A stretch of DNA of 59,110 nt, taken from the IMG/VR virus record IMGVR_UViG_3300033551_000005, positions 1 to 59,110 of that record, one strand, 5' to 3'. The notes below the pieces were generated by a model. That model searched no databases and was not told where the DNA came from. It saw only the letters and a list, made by a program, of their open reading frames with translations. This DNA is from a virus. Lineage: Duplodnaviria; Caudoviricetes. Shown piece after piece: positions 1 to 9,143 of the stretch; positions within the stretch are counted from its first letter, which is position 1, and each line of letters opens with the position of its first letter. The position numbers and the translations under genes were made by a program.

Positions 1-1582
1 CAGCGGGCGGCTCGGGGGTGGGCTCCGGCTCGGGCTCTTCCTCGGCGGCGCGCCCGGCCAGCACCTCGCGCACCTGGCGCAGCAGTTCCGGCATGCCCGG
101 GTTGGCCGCGAGCGCCGGAGCGGCGTTGACCATGCCGATCACCATCGCCACGTCGGGCTGCACGGCGCCGTCCTTCGGGGCGTCGCTGTCGGTGAAGCCG
201 GTCGCGGTGCGCAGCGCCTCGTCCGTGATGACGCCGACCTCGTGCGCCTTGAACGCGTCGTCCGTGCTGTTCGGGCGGACGATCAGGTGGTCCACCTTGT
301 AGTAGACGACGTAGTCCTTCACGTTGTCCGCGTTCATCCCGCGCGCCTCAAGCACGGGCCACAGGAACTGCGTCGTGGCGGCGTCGCAGAACCGCGCGAG
401 CGGCGGCTCTACGTGCGTCGTGATCGTGTCCTCCTTCACGAGCCACGCGCCCCAGTGGTTCATCGAGCCGAGGCCGAGCAGCACCTCGGGCGGCGCGTCC
501 TGCCCGAGCGCGAGGCGGCGGATCGCCTCGTCGCGCAGTTCCCGCGTCTCCTCGTCGAACGGCGTCGAGAACGTCTGGAAGTGGACATAGTCGGCGGCCG
601 ACCGGCCGGTCCCGTCGTCGGGGATCGGCACGGTCAGCGGCACGACGGCGGCGGCCGACGCGCGGTCCCGGATCGGGGTGAGCATGGCGTCCATGAACGC
701 CGTGTCGAAGTCGACGTCCTCCGCGTCCTCGCCCTCGCCCGCGATGTTCGCCTTGGCCGACTGCATGAGGAACAGCACACCCGCGCCCGCGAGACGCGAG
801 TCCGTCTGGGCCGAGATGTGCATGGTCAGGCCGACGAGTTCGCGCAGCACGGGCAGGCTGGCCTTCGTCGGGCTGGTCGCCTCCTTGCGGCGGCGCGGGT
901 GCGAGTGCCACACCCGGATGAGGTAGATGTCCGACTGCCGGACGTGGATCTTGTCGTCGCTGTCGGCGGCGTCGGCGTCGGCCCACTCGATCTGCACGGA
1001 CTCGCCGTCGATGATCACCTCGTCGATGGACATGTACCGCCACACGAGGTCGTCCACGTTGACAGTGTCCTCGCCCATGCCGATGGCCTCCGGCGCGAGC
1101 CGGAACATCGGGTCGTTGTCCTCCTCGACCGGCACGTCGAGGAACTGCTGCGGCATGCCGACGAGCCAGCCCTCGCCCGCGATGAAGTCGTTGACGCCGA
1201 ACCGCTGGAGCATCTGCGAGCGCTCCGACTCGGTGCCGAGCAGGTCGAGCACGTCGGCGGGGTCGCCTTCCTCGACGGGCTTCGGCGCGCCCATCTCGTC
1301 CTGATCGCTGACCTTGCCGACGTACAACTTCGCCCGGCCGATCGTGTTGGCGAGCGTGTCCGCGAGGTAGCGCTCCTCGCCCACCAGGTCGTACAGGTCC
1401 CAGGCCTCCGCCTGCCAGCCGCCCTTGGCAGCGCCGAGGTTGACCGTCCGGTCCACCTTGCGGCCCATGATGCGGGTCGCGGACGCGATGAGCGCCCGCC
1501 CGAACTCGCCCAGGCGGCTGGACGTCTTCGGCTTGAGGGTGCCCGTGCTGCGTACGCGAGGCGGGGCGGGGGTCATGGTCAT
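1..1582 (-). CDS. Portal protein (continues across the window junction to a stop at 59094)
   Basis: Not in the ORF track because there is no stop before base 1. ATG at 1580-1582 overlaps the upstream TGA. Reads MTMTPAPP...WQAEAWDLYDLVGEERYLADTLAN..., resembling mycobacteriophage cluster-B-like portals. Lies between terminase and MuF/protease. Confidence 0.85.
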   Translation of the reverse strand, partial: MTMTPAPPRVRSTGTLKPKTSSRLGEFGRALIASATRIMGRKVDRTVNLGAAKGGWQAEAWDLYDLVGEERYLADTLANTIGRAKLYVGKVSDQDEMGAPKPVEEGDPADVLDLLGTESERSQMLQRFGVNDFIAGEGWLVGMPQQFLDVPVEEDNDPMFRLAPEAIGMGEDTVNVDDLVWRYMSIDEVIIDGESVQIEWADADAADSDDKIHVRQSDIYLIRVWHSHPRRRKEATSPTKASLPVLRELVGLTMHISAQTDSRLAGAGVLFLMQSAKANIAGEGEDAEDVDFDTAFMDAMLTPIRDRASAAAVVPLTVPIPDDGTGRSAADYVHFQTFSTPFDEETRELRDEAIRRLALGQDAPPEVLLGLGSMNHWGAWLVKEDTITTHVEPPLARFCDAATTQFLWPVLEARGMNADNVKDYVVYYKVDHLIVRPNSTDDAFKAHEVGVITDEALRTATGFTDSDAPKDGAVQPDVAMVIGMVNAAPALAANPGMPELLRQVREVLAGRAAEEEPEPEPTPEPPA

Positions 1583-1950
1583 CGGTCGTCCTCCTGGTCG
1601 TCCTGGTCATCGTAGATGTCCAGGCGGGCAGCCAGGTGGGCGACGACGTAGTTCAGGGCGAGCGCGCCGAACAGAATCCGCCAGGTGACGAGCACCCCGC
1701 CGCCTGCCGCGTCGGCGCCGTACCAGAGAAGCACGGACACGAGGCCGATCCACATACCGAGGCAGAACGGGCAGGTGAACCCGTCGGCCACCCACTGCTT
1801 CCCCTCGCTCAGGCGACCGCGCAGGCGCGTCTCCAGGGGGATGAGCATGCGGCGGCCGAGGTCGTCCGCGATGAAGAGGCGCACGAGGCGCAGGGTGGCG
1901 ACGACGAGGATCGCGCCGTCGAGCAGGGCCATCAGGAGGTTGGGCAGCAT
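1579..1950 (-). CDS. DUF1360-like membrane protein
   Basis: ATLRLVRLFIADD...FTCPFCLGMW motif and hydrophobic helices; leaderless start (TACGAT-N6-ATG). Confidence 0.75.
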   Translation of the reverse strand: MLPNLLMALLDGAILVVATLRLVRLFIADDLGRRMLIPLETRLRGRLSEGKQWVADGFTCPFCLGMWIGLVSVLLWYGADAAGGGVLVTWRILFGALALNYVVAHLAARLDIYDDQDDQEDDR

Positions 1951-1971
1951 GTGACGATCGTACATAGCAGA

Positions 1972-2002
1972 GCGCCCCGCCTCCGCGAGGGAGACGGGGC
2001 GC
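1972..2002 (-). terminator. Hairpin closing the small-gene cassette
   Basis: gcgccccg-ctcc-gcga-ggag-cggggcgc inverted repeat just after the stop at 2011. Confidence 0.55.
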
Positions 2003-2010
2003 CGTGCCGG

Positions 2011-2214
2011 TCAGCCGAAGGCCGCCCGTCGTACTGCGTCCATGGCCGCTTCCTTGTGGCTACAGAGGGCGATCTTGCTACTGCCCGCCTTCTGCTGGAA
2101 GTCCAGGTACGCCTCCCACGGGCCGCCGGGGCGGGCGGGCGGTACGACGTACCCCACCACCGTGCCCCGCTGCTTCACGTCCACCCACTCGCGGTGGTCG
2201 CTGCGCCCGGTCAC
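2011..2214 (-). CDS. Small hypothetical protein (paralogue of 2211-2405)
   Basis: GTG start in a GTGA overlap; WVDV..G.VVGY....GGPWEAYLD. Confidence 0.7.
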   Translation of the reverse strand: MTGRSDHREWVDVKQRGTVVGYVVPPARPGGPWEAYLDFQQKAGSSKIALCSHKEAAMDAVRRAAFG

Positions 2215-2405
2215 CGGGCTGCCCGCTTGACTGCCTCGATTGCTGCGGCCCGGGTGCTCTCGGACGAGACCCGCTTGCTGCCGCTGCTGCCGACGTTGTC
2301 CAGGTAGGCGTGCCACTTACCGCCGACCTTGCTCGGGGTGACGATGAACCCGACGACGTGGCCCTTGACCTCGACGTCGGTCCATCCGTTGCCGCTGCGG
2401 CTCAT
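2211..2405 (-). CDS. Small hypothetical protein (paralogue of 2011-2214)
   Basis: MSRSGNGWTDVEVKGHVVGF...GGKWHAYLD; 4-bp overlaps with neighbours. Confidence 0.7.
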   Translation of the reverse strand: MSRSGNGWTDVEVKGHVVGFIVTPSKVGGKWHAYLDNVGSSGSKRVSSESTRAAAIEAVKRAAR

Positions 2406-2572
2406 CGCTGCGTCCTCTCCACGAACTTGATGTGCTGCTCGCAGAACGACCGCCACGGGCCGCCCGACATGCCGTTGACGTACCGGCGAGCCCACGTCAG
2501 CCACTCCTGATCGGTGACCTCCCCGCGCTCGCGCTTGAGGCGCCAGTTCTGCCACTCCTGCGCCGGGGTCAC
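2402..2572 (-). CDS. Small hypothetical protein
   Basis: VTPAQEWQNW...; coupled overlaps at both ends. Confidence 0.6.
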   Translation of the reverse strand: MTPAQEWQNWRLKRERGEVTDQEWLTWARRYVNGMSGGPWRSFCEQHIKFVERTQR

Positions 2573-2754
2573 TTGCTCACCGGCTTCACCAGGATGCCGC
2601 CGATCTGGACCTCGCGACCGCGCATCAGCGCGTCGCAGGCTCGCAGCCGCTCGTCGACCGTGGTCGAGCGCTTGCCGTGCGCCGCGAGGGCGTCGCCCAG
2701 GGCGCCCCTCCACGACGGGGCCTCGAACACCTGCCCACCTACCTTGACCTTCAC
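2569..2754 (-). CDS. Small hypothetical protein (paralogue of 2751-2945)
   Basis: SWRGAL..AL...ALMRGREVQIGGILV. Confidence 0.7.
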   Translation of the reverse strand: MKVKVGGQVFEAPSWRGALGDALAAHGKRSTTVDERLRACDALMRGREVQIGGILVKPVSK

Positions 2755-2945
2755 TCGCGTGCTCCCCTCGGTGTGATGAGGATGCCGCCGATGGTGACGG
2801 ACACCCCGCGCCGCAGCGCATTCTTCGCTGTCTCGCGCTCGTACTTGTCGGTCCGCCCGGCCCCGGCCCCGCGCAGTGCGGCGGCCAGGGCCTCCGCCCA
2901 GGTCGTCCCCGTGTAGGTGACGCCCCGGGCGGAGACCTCCTTCAC
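2751..2945 (-). CDS. Small hypothetical protein (paralogue of 2569-2754)
   Basis: TWAEALAAAL...ALRRGVSVTIGGILI. Confidence 0.7.
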   Translation of the reverse strand: MKEVSARGVTYTGTTWAEALAAALRGAGAGRTDKYERETAKNALRRGVSVTIGGILITPRGARE

Positions 2946-3112
2946 GGCCGCCGCTTCGGGTTCGCCGTGTGGCCGTCCCCGGCCGTCTTGGCGGACTGCA
3001 TCGTTGCGATGCGGTTCGCGGTCCACCGGCAGCCCGTGACCGTGCACCAGACGAAGAACGTCTTGGTCACCTTGTCGTAGTCGAACTCGGTGCGGTGGAT
3101 CGGCTCAGCCAT
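2942..3112 (-). CDS. Small Cys/His protein, first gene of the cassette
   Basis: MAEPIHRTEF...WCTVTGCRW...H; strong AGGAGGT RBS downstream of the conserved promoter. Confidence 0.7.
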   Translation of the reverse strand: MAEPIHRTEFDYDKVTKTFFVWCTVTGCRWTANRIATMQSAKTAGDGHTANPKRRP

Positions 3113-3131
3113 GCTGACCTCCTGGTTTGTC

Positions 3132-3178
3132 GTTGTGCTGACATACGTAACATTAGCATCGGTGCCAGCACGGCACAA
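3132..3178 (-). promoter_or_regulatory. Conserved promoter/operator/leader element, copy 1
   Basis: TTGTGC-N17-TAATGT-TACGTATGTCAGCACAAC. Confidence 0.85.
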
Positions 3179-3194
3179 CCCCAAACGGGAGGAA

Positions 3195-4805
3195 TTACCG
3201 ACCCGGTATCCGGCGCTGCGTGATGCGGGCCGAGCCGGTGCGGGCTCGCTCCGGCTTCCGGGCCGCCGCCGGGTTGCCCAACTTCATCGGCGCCGCCGTG
3301 CGCAGGCGCCCCAGGCAGTGCACGAGCACGTCGACCATGTCGTCGTGCGCGCCGGTGGGGAAGTTGCGCGTCTCGGTGAGCAGGTCCGTCACCCACTCGC
3401 AGCCGGGCTCCGAGGGGTGCGGGAGCAGCACGTTGCCCGCCTCGACGGTGGGCGTCTGCGCGCGAGCGCGGACCTCCTTGCTGTCCTTGGGGTTGACCGG
3501 GATGATGCCGTCGATTTCGTCGCGGAGCACGTCGATGATCGCCGTGCCGTTCGCCTTGTCCTCGATGAGCCGCGTCGTGACGTGCGCCGCCGAGAACGCG
3601 CGCACCTGCGGGAGCGTCGCCGTGAAGGACCACTTGTCCCGCACCTGCGCCGTGAGGATACGCAGCGCGCCCCGGCGCACCCACCGCTGGCCGACGACGT
3701 AGTCGGACGACTTGGTGTCCTTGAACGCCATGTCCCAGCCCTCGACCCAGGTGTCGCCCGCGTGCGGCTGCGCGACGTCGGGCAGGTACAGCACATCGAC
3801 GCCGTTCGCGCGGGCCGGGTCGGTGGTCCAGTAGCGCCACCACCCGACGTCGAAGATCGCGCCCTTCGCGGGCGAGGGGCGCTGCTGGTAGAGCGCCGCC
3901 CACACGTACGAGCCGACGTCGCGCTTGACCCCCTCCCACCGGACCAGGGCCTCCTCCGGCGTCTCGTCCACCAGCGGCGTGAGCAGCGGCTCGCCCGGCG
4001 CGCGGCCGAGCACGTCGTCCTCCTCCGCGAGGGCCGGGAACGAGATGACCTCCCACTCGGTGGGGTCGCCTTCGTGCTCGGCCGACAGCAGCCGCCCGAT
4101 GAAGTCGTCCTCGTGCCACCGCGTGCCGATCGCGATGACGAGCGCGGGCGGCTCCAGGCGGGTGCTCGCGGTGGACAGCCACCAGTCCCACACGGACTGC
4201 CGCAGCAGTTCCGAGTGGGCCGCGCCGAAGTCCTTGATGAGGTCGTCGAGCAGCAGCACCTTGAAGCCACGGCCGGTGATCGAGCCGCCGACGGACCGCG
4301 ACAGGACGCCGCCGCCCTCGGCCGTCTCCCACTCCTGCGCCGCCCCGGCGTCGGGCGCAATGCGGATGCCGAGTTCGGGGTGCTCGGTGACCCACCGGCG
4401 CACGGCCCGGCCCCACGCGGTGGAGAGGCTGGCCTCGTGCGAGACCATGCCGATCTTCCACTCGGGGTGCCGCCGCAGCAGCCACAGCGGCAGGTACTGG
4501 CTCGCGAGCGTGCTCTTCCCGGCACGGGGCGGCATCGAGATGGCGATGCGCCGGTTGCGCCCCGCCTCGACGTCGGCAACGGCCTGCTCCAGCCGCTCGG
4601 CCAGGTACGTCAGGTGCGGGCGCGAGCGGTAGCCCTCGTCCAACTCCTGGGCCTGGTCGAGCGGCGTCCGGGGCAGGTCCACCTGACTCGCGGGCAACGC
4701 CTCCAGCAGCGCACGCGCGGCGGGCTCGGGCAGGCTCTCCAGCAGGTCGTAGACCTGCTCCTCCGTGAGGTCGGCCAGCATCGCCACCAGTTCGTCGTTG
4801 CTCAT
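3195..4805 (-). CDS. terL: Terminase large subunit
   Basis: Walker A MPPRAGKST, Walker B LLLDDLIKD, GTRWHEDD, nuclease motifs GWDMA and FPTGAHDDMVD. Start taken at MSNDELV. Confidence 0.95.
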   Translation of the reverse strand: MSNDELVAMLADLTEEQVYDLLESLPEPAARALLEALPASQVDLPRTPLDQAQELDEGYRSRPHLTYLAERLEQAVADVEAGRNRRIAISMPPRAGKSTLASQYLPLWLLRRHPEWKIGMVSHEASLSTAWGRAVRRWVTEHPELGIRIAPDAGAAQEWETAEGGGVLSRSVGGSITGRGFKVLLLDDLIKDFGAAHSELLRQSVWDWWLSTASTRLEPPALVIAIGTRWHEDDFIGRLLSAEHEGDPTEWEVISFPALAEEDDVLGRAPGEPLLTPLVDETPEEALVRWEGVKRDVGSYVWAALYQQRPSPAKGAIFDVGWWRYWTTDPARANGVDVLYLPDVAQPHAGDTWVEGWDMAFKDTKSSDYVVGQRWVRRGALRILTAQVRDKWSFTATLPQVRAFSAAHVTTRLIEDKANGTAIIDVLRDEIDGIIPVNPKDSKEVRARAQTPTVEAGNVLLPHPSEPGCEWVTDLLTETRNFPTGAHDDMVDVLVHCLGRLRTAAPMKLGNPAAARKPERARTGSARITQRRIPGR

Positions 4806-4807
4806 GG

Positions 4808-5938
4808 TCACATCTTGCCGTCCGTGAGCACGAGCGCGGACGCCACGGCCATGTGCATGTCCAGGTACTGGTACGTGCCGAGCCGCCCGCCGAAGTGGAC
4901 GTCCGGCTCGGCCGCCGCCCGCGCCCGGTAGTCGAGCAGCAGCGCCCGGTCGGCCGCCGTGTTCACGGGGTAGTACGGCTCGTCGCCGGGCTCGGCCTCG
5001 CGGCTGTGCTCGGTGGCGATCAGCGTCTCCAGGTCGGACATGCGGCGGCGCGGCGTGAAGTGCCGGAACTCGATGGTGCGCGTGTGCATGGTGGTGGGGT
5101 CGGCCTCGTTCATCACGGCCGTGCCCTGGTAGTCGGCGCCGTCGACCCGCCGGTGGCGGAAGTCGAGCGTGCGCCACCGCAGCCGCCCGGCGTCGTGCCC
5201 GAAGTACGCATCGAGCGGGCCGGTGTAGACCACGGGGATCTGGCCGAGCACGCCGTGCGTGTGCTCGGGCGCGAACCGCACGCCGAGGTTCACCTCGATG
5301 AGCGGGTGGTCGGCCATGTTCGCCGCGAGCGCGCCGTAGCCCGTGTGCGGCATGGCCTGGTAGCGGTCCGAGAAGTACCGGCTGTCGTAGTTGTACCGGA
5401 CCGGCAGCCGCTTGATCACGTCGGCAGGCAGGTCGCGCGGGTTGGTCTGCCACTGCTTCGCCGTGTAGTCGCGGATGAACGCGTCGTACAGCGGGCGGCC
5501 GACCTCGCACAGCGCCCACTCCTCCAGATTGGCTGGATTAGTGATGCCCTCCTCGATGCGCGCGCGGTTCGCCTCGTGCCGGATCAGCGCCCGCGCGGAG
5601 GACGGGCTCAGGTCCTCGCCGTAGAGCGCGTTGATCGTCGCGAGGTTGATCGGCATCGGGTACACGCGGCCCGCCCGCCGGGTGAGCACACGGTGCTCGT
5701 AGCGGTCCCACTGCTCGAACCGCTGCATCCACGCCCAGACCCGCTCGTTGCTCGTGTGGAAGATGTGCGCGCCGTAGTCGTGCACCTCGATGCCCGTCGT
5801 CGGGTCGGTGTGGCTGTAGGCGTTCCCGCCGACGTGGTCGCGGCGCTCCATGACGGTGACCCGCCGCCCGGCCTCAGCCAGACGACGGGCCACCGTGAGG
5901 CCGAACAGCCCGGCCCCGACGACGAGGACGTCGCTCAT
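4808..5938 (-). CDS. glf: UDP-galactopyranose mutase
   Basis: MSDVLVVGAGLFG FAD motif, GGNAYS, YGAHIFHTSN, YTAKQW, EPYYPVN, GRLGTYQYLDMHMA. Confidence 0.95.
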   Translation of the reverse strand: MSDVLVVGAGLFGLTVARRLAEAGRRVTVMERRDHVGGNAYSHTDPTTGIEVHDYGAHIFHTSNERVWAWMQRFEQWDRYEHRVLTRRAGRVYPMPINLATINALYGEDLSPSSARALIRHEANRARIEEGITNPANLEEWALCEVGRPLYDAFIRDYTAKQWQTNPRDLPADVIKRLPVRYNYDSRYFSDRYQAMPHTGYGALAANMADHPLIEVNLGVRFAPEHTHGVLGQIPVVYTGPLDAYFGHDAGRLRWRTLDFRHRRVDGADYQGTAVMNEADPTTMHTRTIEFRHFTPRRRMSDLETLIATEHSREAEPGDEPYYPVNTAADRALLLDYRARAAAEPDVHFGGRLGTYQYLDMHMAVASALVLTDGKM

Positions 5939-6753
5939 GCGGACGCCCCCGGCGGCGGGACGTCGACCGGGTGCCCGCCGGTGCGCGGCTGGCGCACGAG
6001 GTCGACCTCCGGCCACTCGGACTTCTTCTTGGTGTTCCAGCGGAGGTAGTCGGGCCACTGTGCGACGAGCGCCTCCGACGAGCGCAGCACCTCGGCGTAG
6101 TTGCGGCCGTCGGCCTGGCAGCCGCCTGGCGTGTAGAACTCCCCGACGGGCGCCGTGTCGTCGCTGCGCAGGACGCCGCCGTCGTACCACCACGCACGCA
6201 GGGTGAGTTCCTGCTCGTCCTTGTACTTGACCGTCTGGACGTGCACGGGGTGGCCCGGCCGGTTGACGAAGCCGTAGAGGTTGAACATCACCAACTTGAG
6301 CCCCGTGCTGTACGGCCGGTCGTGCCGCATGTAGAACGCGTTCGGCACCGGCGCCGCGCCCCAGACGTGCAGCCCCTCGCGCTCGGTGTCCGCGAACATC
6401 TGCCGGAACCAGGCGTCCAGGTCGGCCACCTGCACAAGCGCGTCCTTCCCCGACGGCGCGACGGCGCGCATGACGCGCTTGATGTCGTCGTCCATCGAGA
6501 CGATGCGCTCGCCCGCCGGGAAGTCGCGGAGGATCTGCTGCCGCTGCGGGCCGATGCCCCGGTGGTTCGTGATGCGCGCGTTCACGCCCATCCCGCCGAG
6601 CAGGTCGATGTACGTGTCGATGAACGGGTCGTGCGCGTGCAGGTAGACCGTGATGGCCTCGCGCGGGACGCCACCCGCAAGCAGGGTGGACAGCGTCTTG
6701 CGGACCAGGCCCTCGGGGCGCTGGTAGGACGGGATGACGACGGAGTAGTTCAC
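5935..6753 (-). CDS. TET-associated (GREB1-like/TAGT) GT-A glycosyltransferase
   Basis: VVIPSYQRP, IVSMDDDI, K.E.ELTLR..YDGGVLR, PGGCQ; directly downstream of the TET/JBP gene. Confidence 0.8.
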   Translation of the reverse strand: MNYSVVIPSYQRPEGLVRKTLSTLLAGGVPREAITVYLHAHDPFIDTYIDLLGGMGVNARITNHRGIGPQRQQILRDFPAGERIVSMDDDIKRVMRAVAPSGKDALVQVADLDAWFRQMFADTEREGLHVWGAAPVPNAFYMRHDRPYSTGLKLVMFNLYGFVNRPGHPVHVQTVKYKDEQELTLRAWWYDGGVLRSDDTAPVGEFYTPGGCQADGRNYAEVLRSSEALVAQWPDYLRWNTKKKSEWPEVDLVRQPRTGGHPVDVPPPGASA

Positions 6754-7694
6754 AGGGCGCTCTCATCGTTCACGGGCCGAGGCGTGGGGTTGCCCCAACT
6801 GCCACGGCGGTCGGCACTCTTTGGACGGGTTTCCTTCGTGATGAGCCGGTCCGGGGTGTAGTCCGGATCGGCCATGCGCTCTTCGCGCTCGGTCCGCCGA
6901 CGGCGAGCCGAGGCCGTCTCGACGGCGTACGTGTGGCAGTCCTTGAGGCCGCGCAGCGCGTAGTAGACCACCGAGATTCGGTAGCCGCCCTTCGCCGTGA
7001 CCTTCATCGGCGTGACGCCGTGCACGAGCCCCTTGCCGTAGAACATGACGGCGTAGCCGTCCTGGCACGGGACCACCATGTCGTACTCGGGGATGTGCAG
7101 GTGCCCGCCCCGCACGTTCCGCCGGATGACCGGCATGGCCGACCACGCCTCGAAGTTGTTCCCGTCCCGGTGGTAGGGCAGGGCGCTCTCCGAGTTGATG
7201 ACGCCGCTCGTCCACAGGGACTCGTCCGACAGGCGCCACTCGGGCAGCACCTGCTGGATGGTCTCGCGGTCGGCCAACTCGATCTCCGGGAACGCCTCAC
7301 CGAGGGCGCGGCCCATGGTCTCGCTGTAGGCCACGAGGTGCGCGTGCACGTCGGGCTGCTCGTCGGCGAGCCGGGCCACCATGCACGCCTCCTGGCGCAT
7401 CATCGGCTTGCGCGGCCGGTTGCCGAACGTGCGCGAGGTGTTGCTCACCCCGGACGACCGGGCCTGCCCCGCCATCGGGCCGCCCATCTTCACCTGGAGG
7501 ATGTTCCGGCGGAACGCGGCCCGCTCGGGCATGGCGAGGTTCGCGAGCACGGGGGCGCCCGTCTCCTCGTCGACGAACAGCACGTCGCCTCGGAACGTCG
7601 GCTCCAGGGCCGGGGCCTGCGTGCCGACGAGGGCGCCCGCCTCCTCGTAGGACATGACGCGCTTGATCGGCACGCGAGGGATGTCGTCACGCAT
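6750..7694 (-). CDS. TET/JBP-family 2OG-Fe(II) dioxygenase
   Basis: SLWTSGVIN...LPYHRDGNN (HxD)...GGHLHIPEY...LVHGVTPM (H)...YRISVVYY (R). Start at MRDDIP. Confidence 0.85.
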   Translation of the reverse strand: MRDDIPRVPIKRVMSYEEAGALVGTQAPALEPTFRGDVLFVDEETGAPVLANLAMPERAAFRRNILQVKMGGPMAGQARSSGVSNTSRTFGNRPRKPMMRQEACMVARLADEQPDVHAHLVAYSETMGRALGEAFPEIELADRETIQQVLPEWRLSDESLWTSGVINSESALPYHRDGNNFEAWSAMPVIRRNVRGGHLHIPEYDMVVPCQDGYAVMFYGKGLVHGVTPMKVTAKGGYRISVVYYALRGLKDCHTYAVETASARRRRTEREERMADPDYTPDRLITKETRPKSADRRGSWGNPTPRPVNDESAL

Positions 7695-8463
7695 CGAACG
7701 TCTCCACGCCCAGCGCCTCGTCGATCGGGTCGACGTCGGCCTGCTCCAGTTCGGCGGGCGGCTGCACGTCGGAGAACTCCTGCGCCAGCCAGATCTGCAC
7801 GGCGCCCGCGTTGTTGTCGACGCCGTAGCGCTCGCGCAGCGCACGGAGCCGCGCCTGGATGGTCGGGTACTCGCTGATCGCGTAGTCGAGCACCACGAGG
7901 CGCCGCCCCTCGGCCGCGTACTTGCTCGCCGCCTCGCGGCCCTCCTCGGCCGTGTTCTTGAGCGGCACGGACTTCTCCGTGACGGTGGGCGCGGGCTCCT
8001 CGGCCAGTTCCTCCAGCCGAGCCCGCAGGTCGTCGGTGTCGGTCTCGGTGAAGCCGACGCCCTCGTAGTCGTCGAGGCCGTCGAGCAGGTCCAGCAGCGC
8101 GTCGTCCACCCAGCCGCCGAGTTCGGTGCTGCGGTTCAGGGCGATCAGCGCGGCGCGCGCCTCCGCGTCGGTGCGGCTCGCCCATCCGACGACGACCGGC
8201 ACCAGCCAGTGGCCGCCCGCGTCCACGCGGACGCCGTCGGGCGCGTTCTCGCCCCGGTCGCGCATGGCGGTCAGCGTCTCGTGGCGGCCGTGGCCCGAGA
8301 TGATGTAGCCCGTGCGGTCGTCGCGGACGATCTGGTCGATCACGCCGAACCGGCCGATCGACGCGTCGATGGTCTCCACGCTGTGGCTCTTGGGGTTGGC
8401 CGGGTCAGCGAGCAGGTGATCGAGCGGGATGTACTCGGTGCGGCGGGGAGCGGTCTCGGTCAT
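7687..8463 (-). CDS. ParB/Srx N-terminal-domain protein
   Basis: DPANPKSH..I.ASIGRFG.....IISGHGRHETL...ALIALNR. Confidence 0.8.
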   Translation of the reverse strand: MTETAPRRTEYIPLDHLLADPANPKSHSVETIDASIGRFGVIDQIVRDDRTGYIISGHGRHETLTAMRDRGENAPDGVRVDAGGHWLVPVVVGWASRTDAEARAALIALNRSTELGGWVDDALLDLLDGLDDYEGVGFTETDTDDLRARLEELAEEPAPTVTEKSVPLKNTAEEGREAASKYAAEGRRLVVLDYAISEYPTIQARLRALRERYGVDNNAGAVQIWLAQEFSDVQPPAELEQADVDPIDEALGVETFDA

Positions 8464-9143
8464 CAGTTGCCTCCGTAGATGGTGGCCGCCCGGTCGGGTC
8501 GGCCGCTGGTGTTCTTGCCGTGCCAGTGCCACGTCCAGGTCCGCTCGGGCAGGTGCTCGAACTTGGCCCCGGCGGCGAGCAGGCGCTGCCACAGGCCCCA
8601 GTCCTCGCAGTCTGCGTGGGGCCACTCCGGGCTGTTGGTCTGCGGGAACCCGCCGACGGCGACGAACAGGCTCGTGCGCACGAGCGCCGTGACCGGGATG
8701 TAGTTGTTCGCCTGGAGTGCAGACGCGCTGAACGGCTGCCCGAACGCGGGGCGGCCGTCGATGAGCAGCAGGTTGTCGCCCCGCTCGTTGGCCGGACGGC
8801 CCCCGGCCATCAGGTCGAACCAGGGGTAGACGACGTCGGCGCCGGTGGCCTCGGCGTGCGCGAGCAACTTGCCGACGTGCCCCGGCTGGAACTCGTCGTC
8901 GTCGTCGAGGAACGCGATGAACTCCGGGTCGCCCCCGGCGTTCAGGGTGTTCAGCACAGCGAGGTTCCGGCAGTAGGCGGGGCCGCGCCCCATGTGGTCC
9001 GTCTCGATCGCTCCAGCGACGAGCAGGTCCTCCTCACGGATGGACTTCACGGCCCGCTTGAGCAGGTCCTCGCGGCCGGTGATGGTCGGGATGACGATGA
9101 GCACGCGCGCGTCCTGGATGCGCAGTTCCTTCGCGGCGCCCAT
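8463..9143 (-). CDS. Glycosyltransferase family 2
   Basis: IVIPT..GR...GPAYCRN...FIAFLDDDDEF...VGGF...EDWGLW. Confidence 0.85.
   Translation of the reverse strand: MGAAKELRIQDARVLIVIPTITGREDLLKRAVKSIREEDLLVAGAIETDHMGRGPAYCRNLAVLNTLNAGGDPEFIAFLDDDDEFQPGHVGKLLAHAEATGADVVYPWFDLMAGGRPANERGDNLLLIDGRPAFGQPFSASALQANNYIPVTALVRTSLFVAVGGFPQTNSPEWPHADCEDWGLWQRLLAAGAKFEHLPERTWTWHWHGKNTSGRPDRAATIYGGN

Noticed and set aside
242-1615. Long antisense or alternative-frame ORFs (e.g. 242-1615, 3090-4931, 31576-34191, 51875-54397)
   Set aside because: Shadow ORFs expected at this GC content; Arg/Gly/Ala-rich with no motifs, opposite well-supported genes.
4808-6766. Apparent N-terminal extensions or fusions in the ORF track (glf 652 aa, terL 774 aa, protease 818 aa, Dit 994 aa)
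   Set aside because: The extensions overlap real upstream genes in another frame; true starts are marked by RBSs or stop/start overlaps.
7687-8463. ParB as a plasmid-prophage partition system
   Set aside because: No ParA and no HTH/parS context recognised; it is embedded in the TET modification operon.
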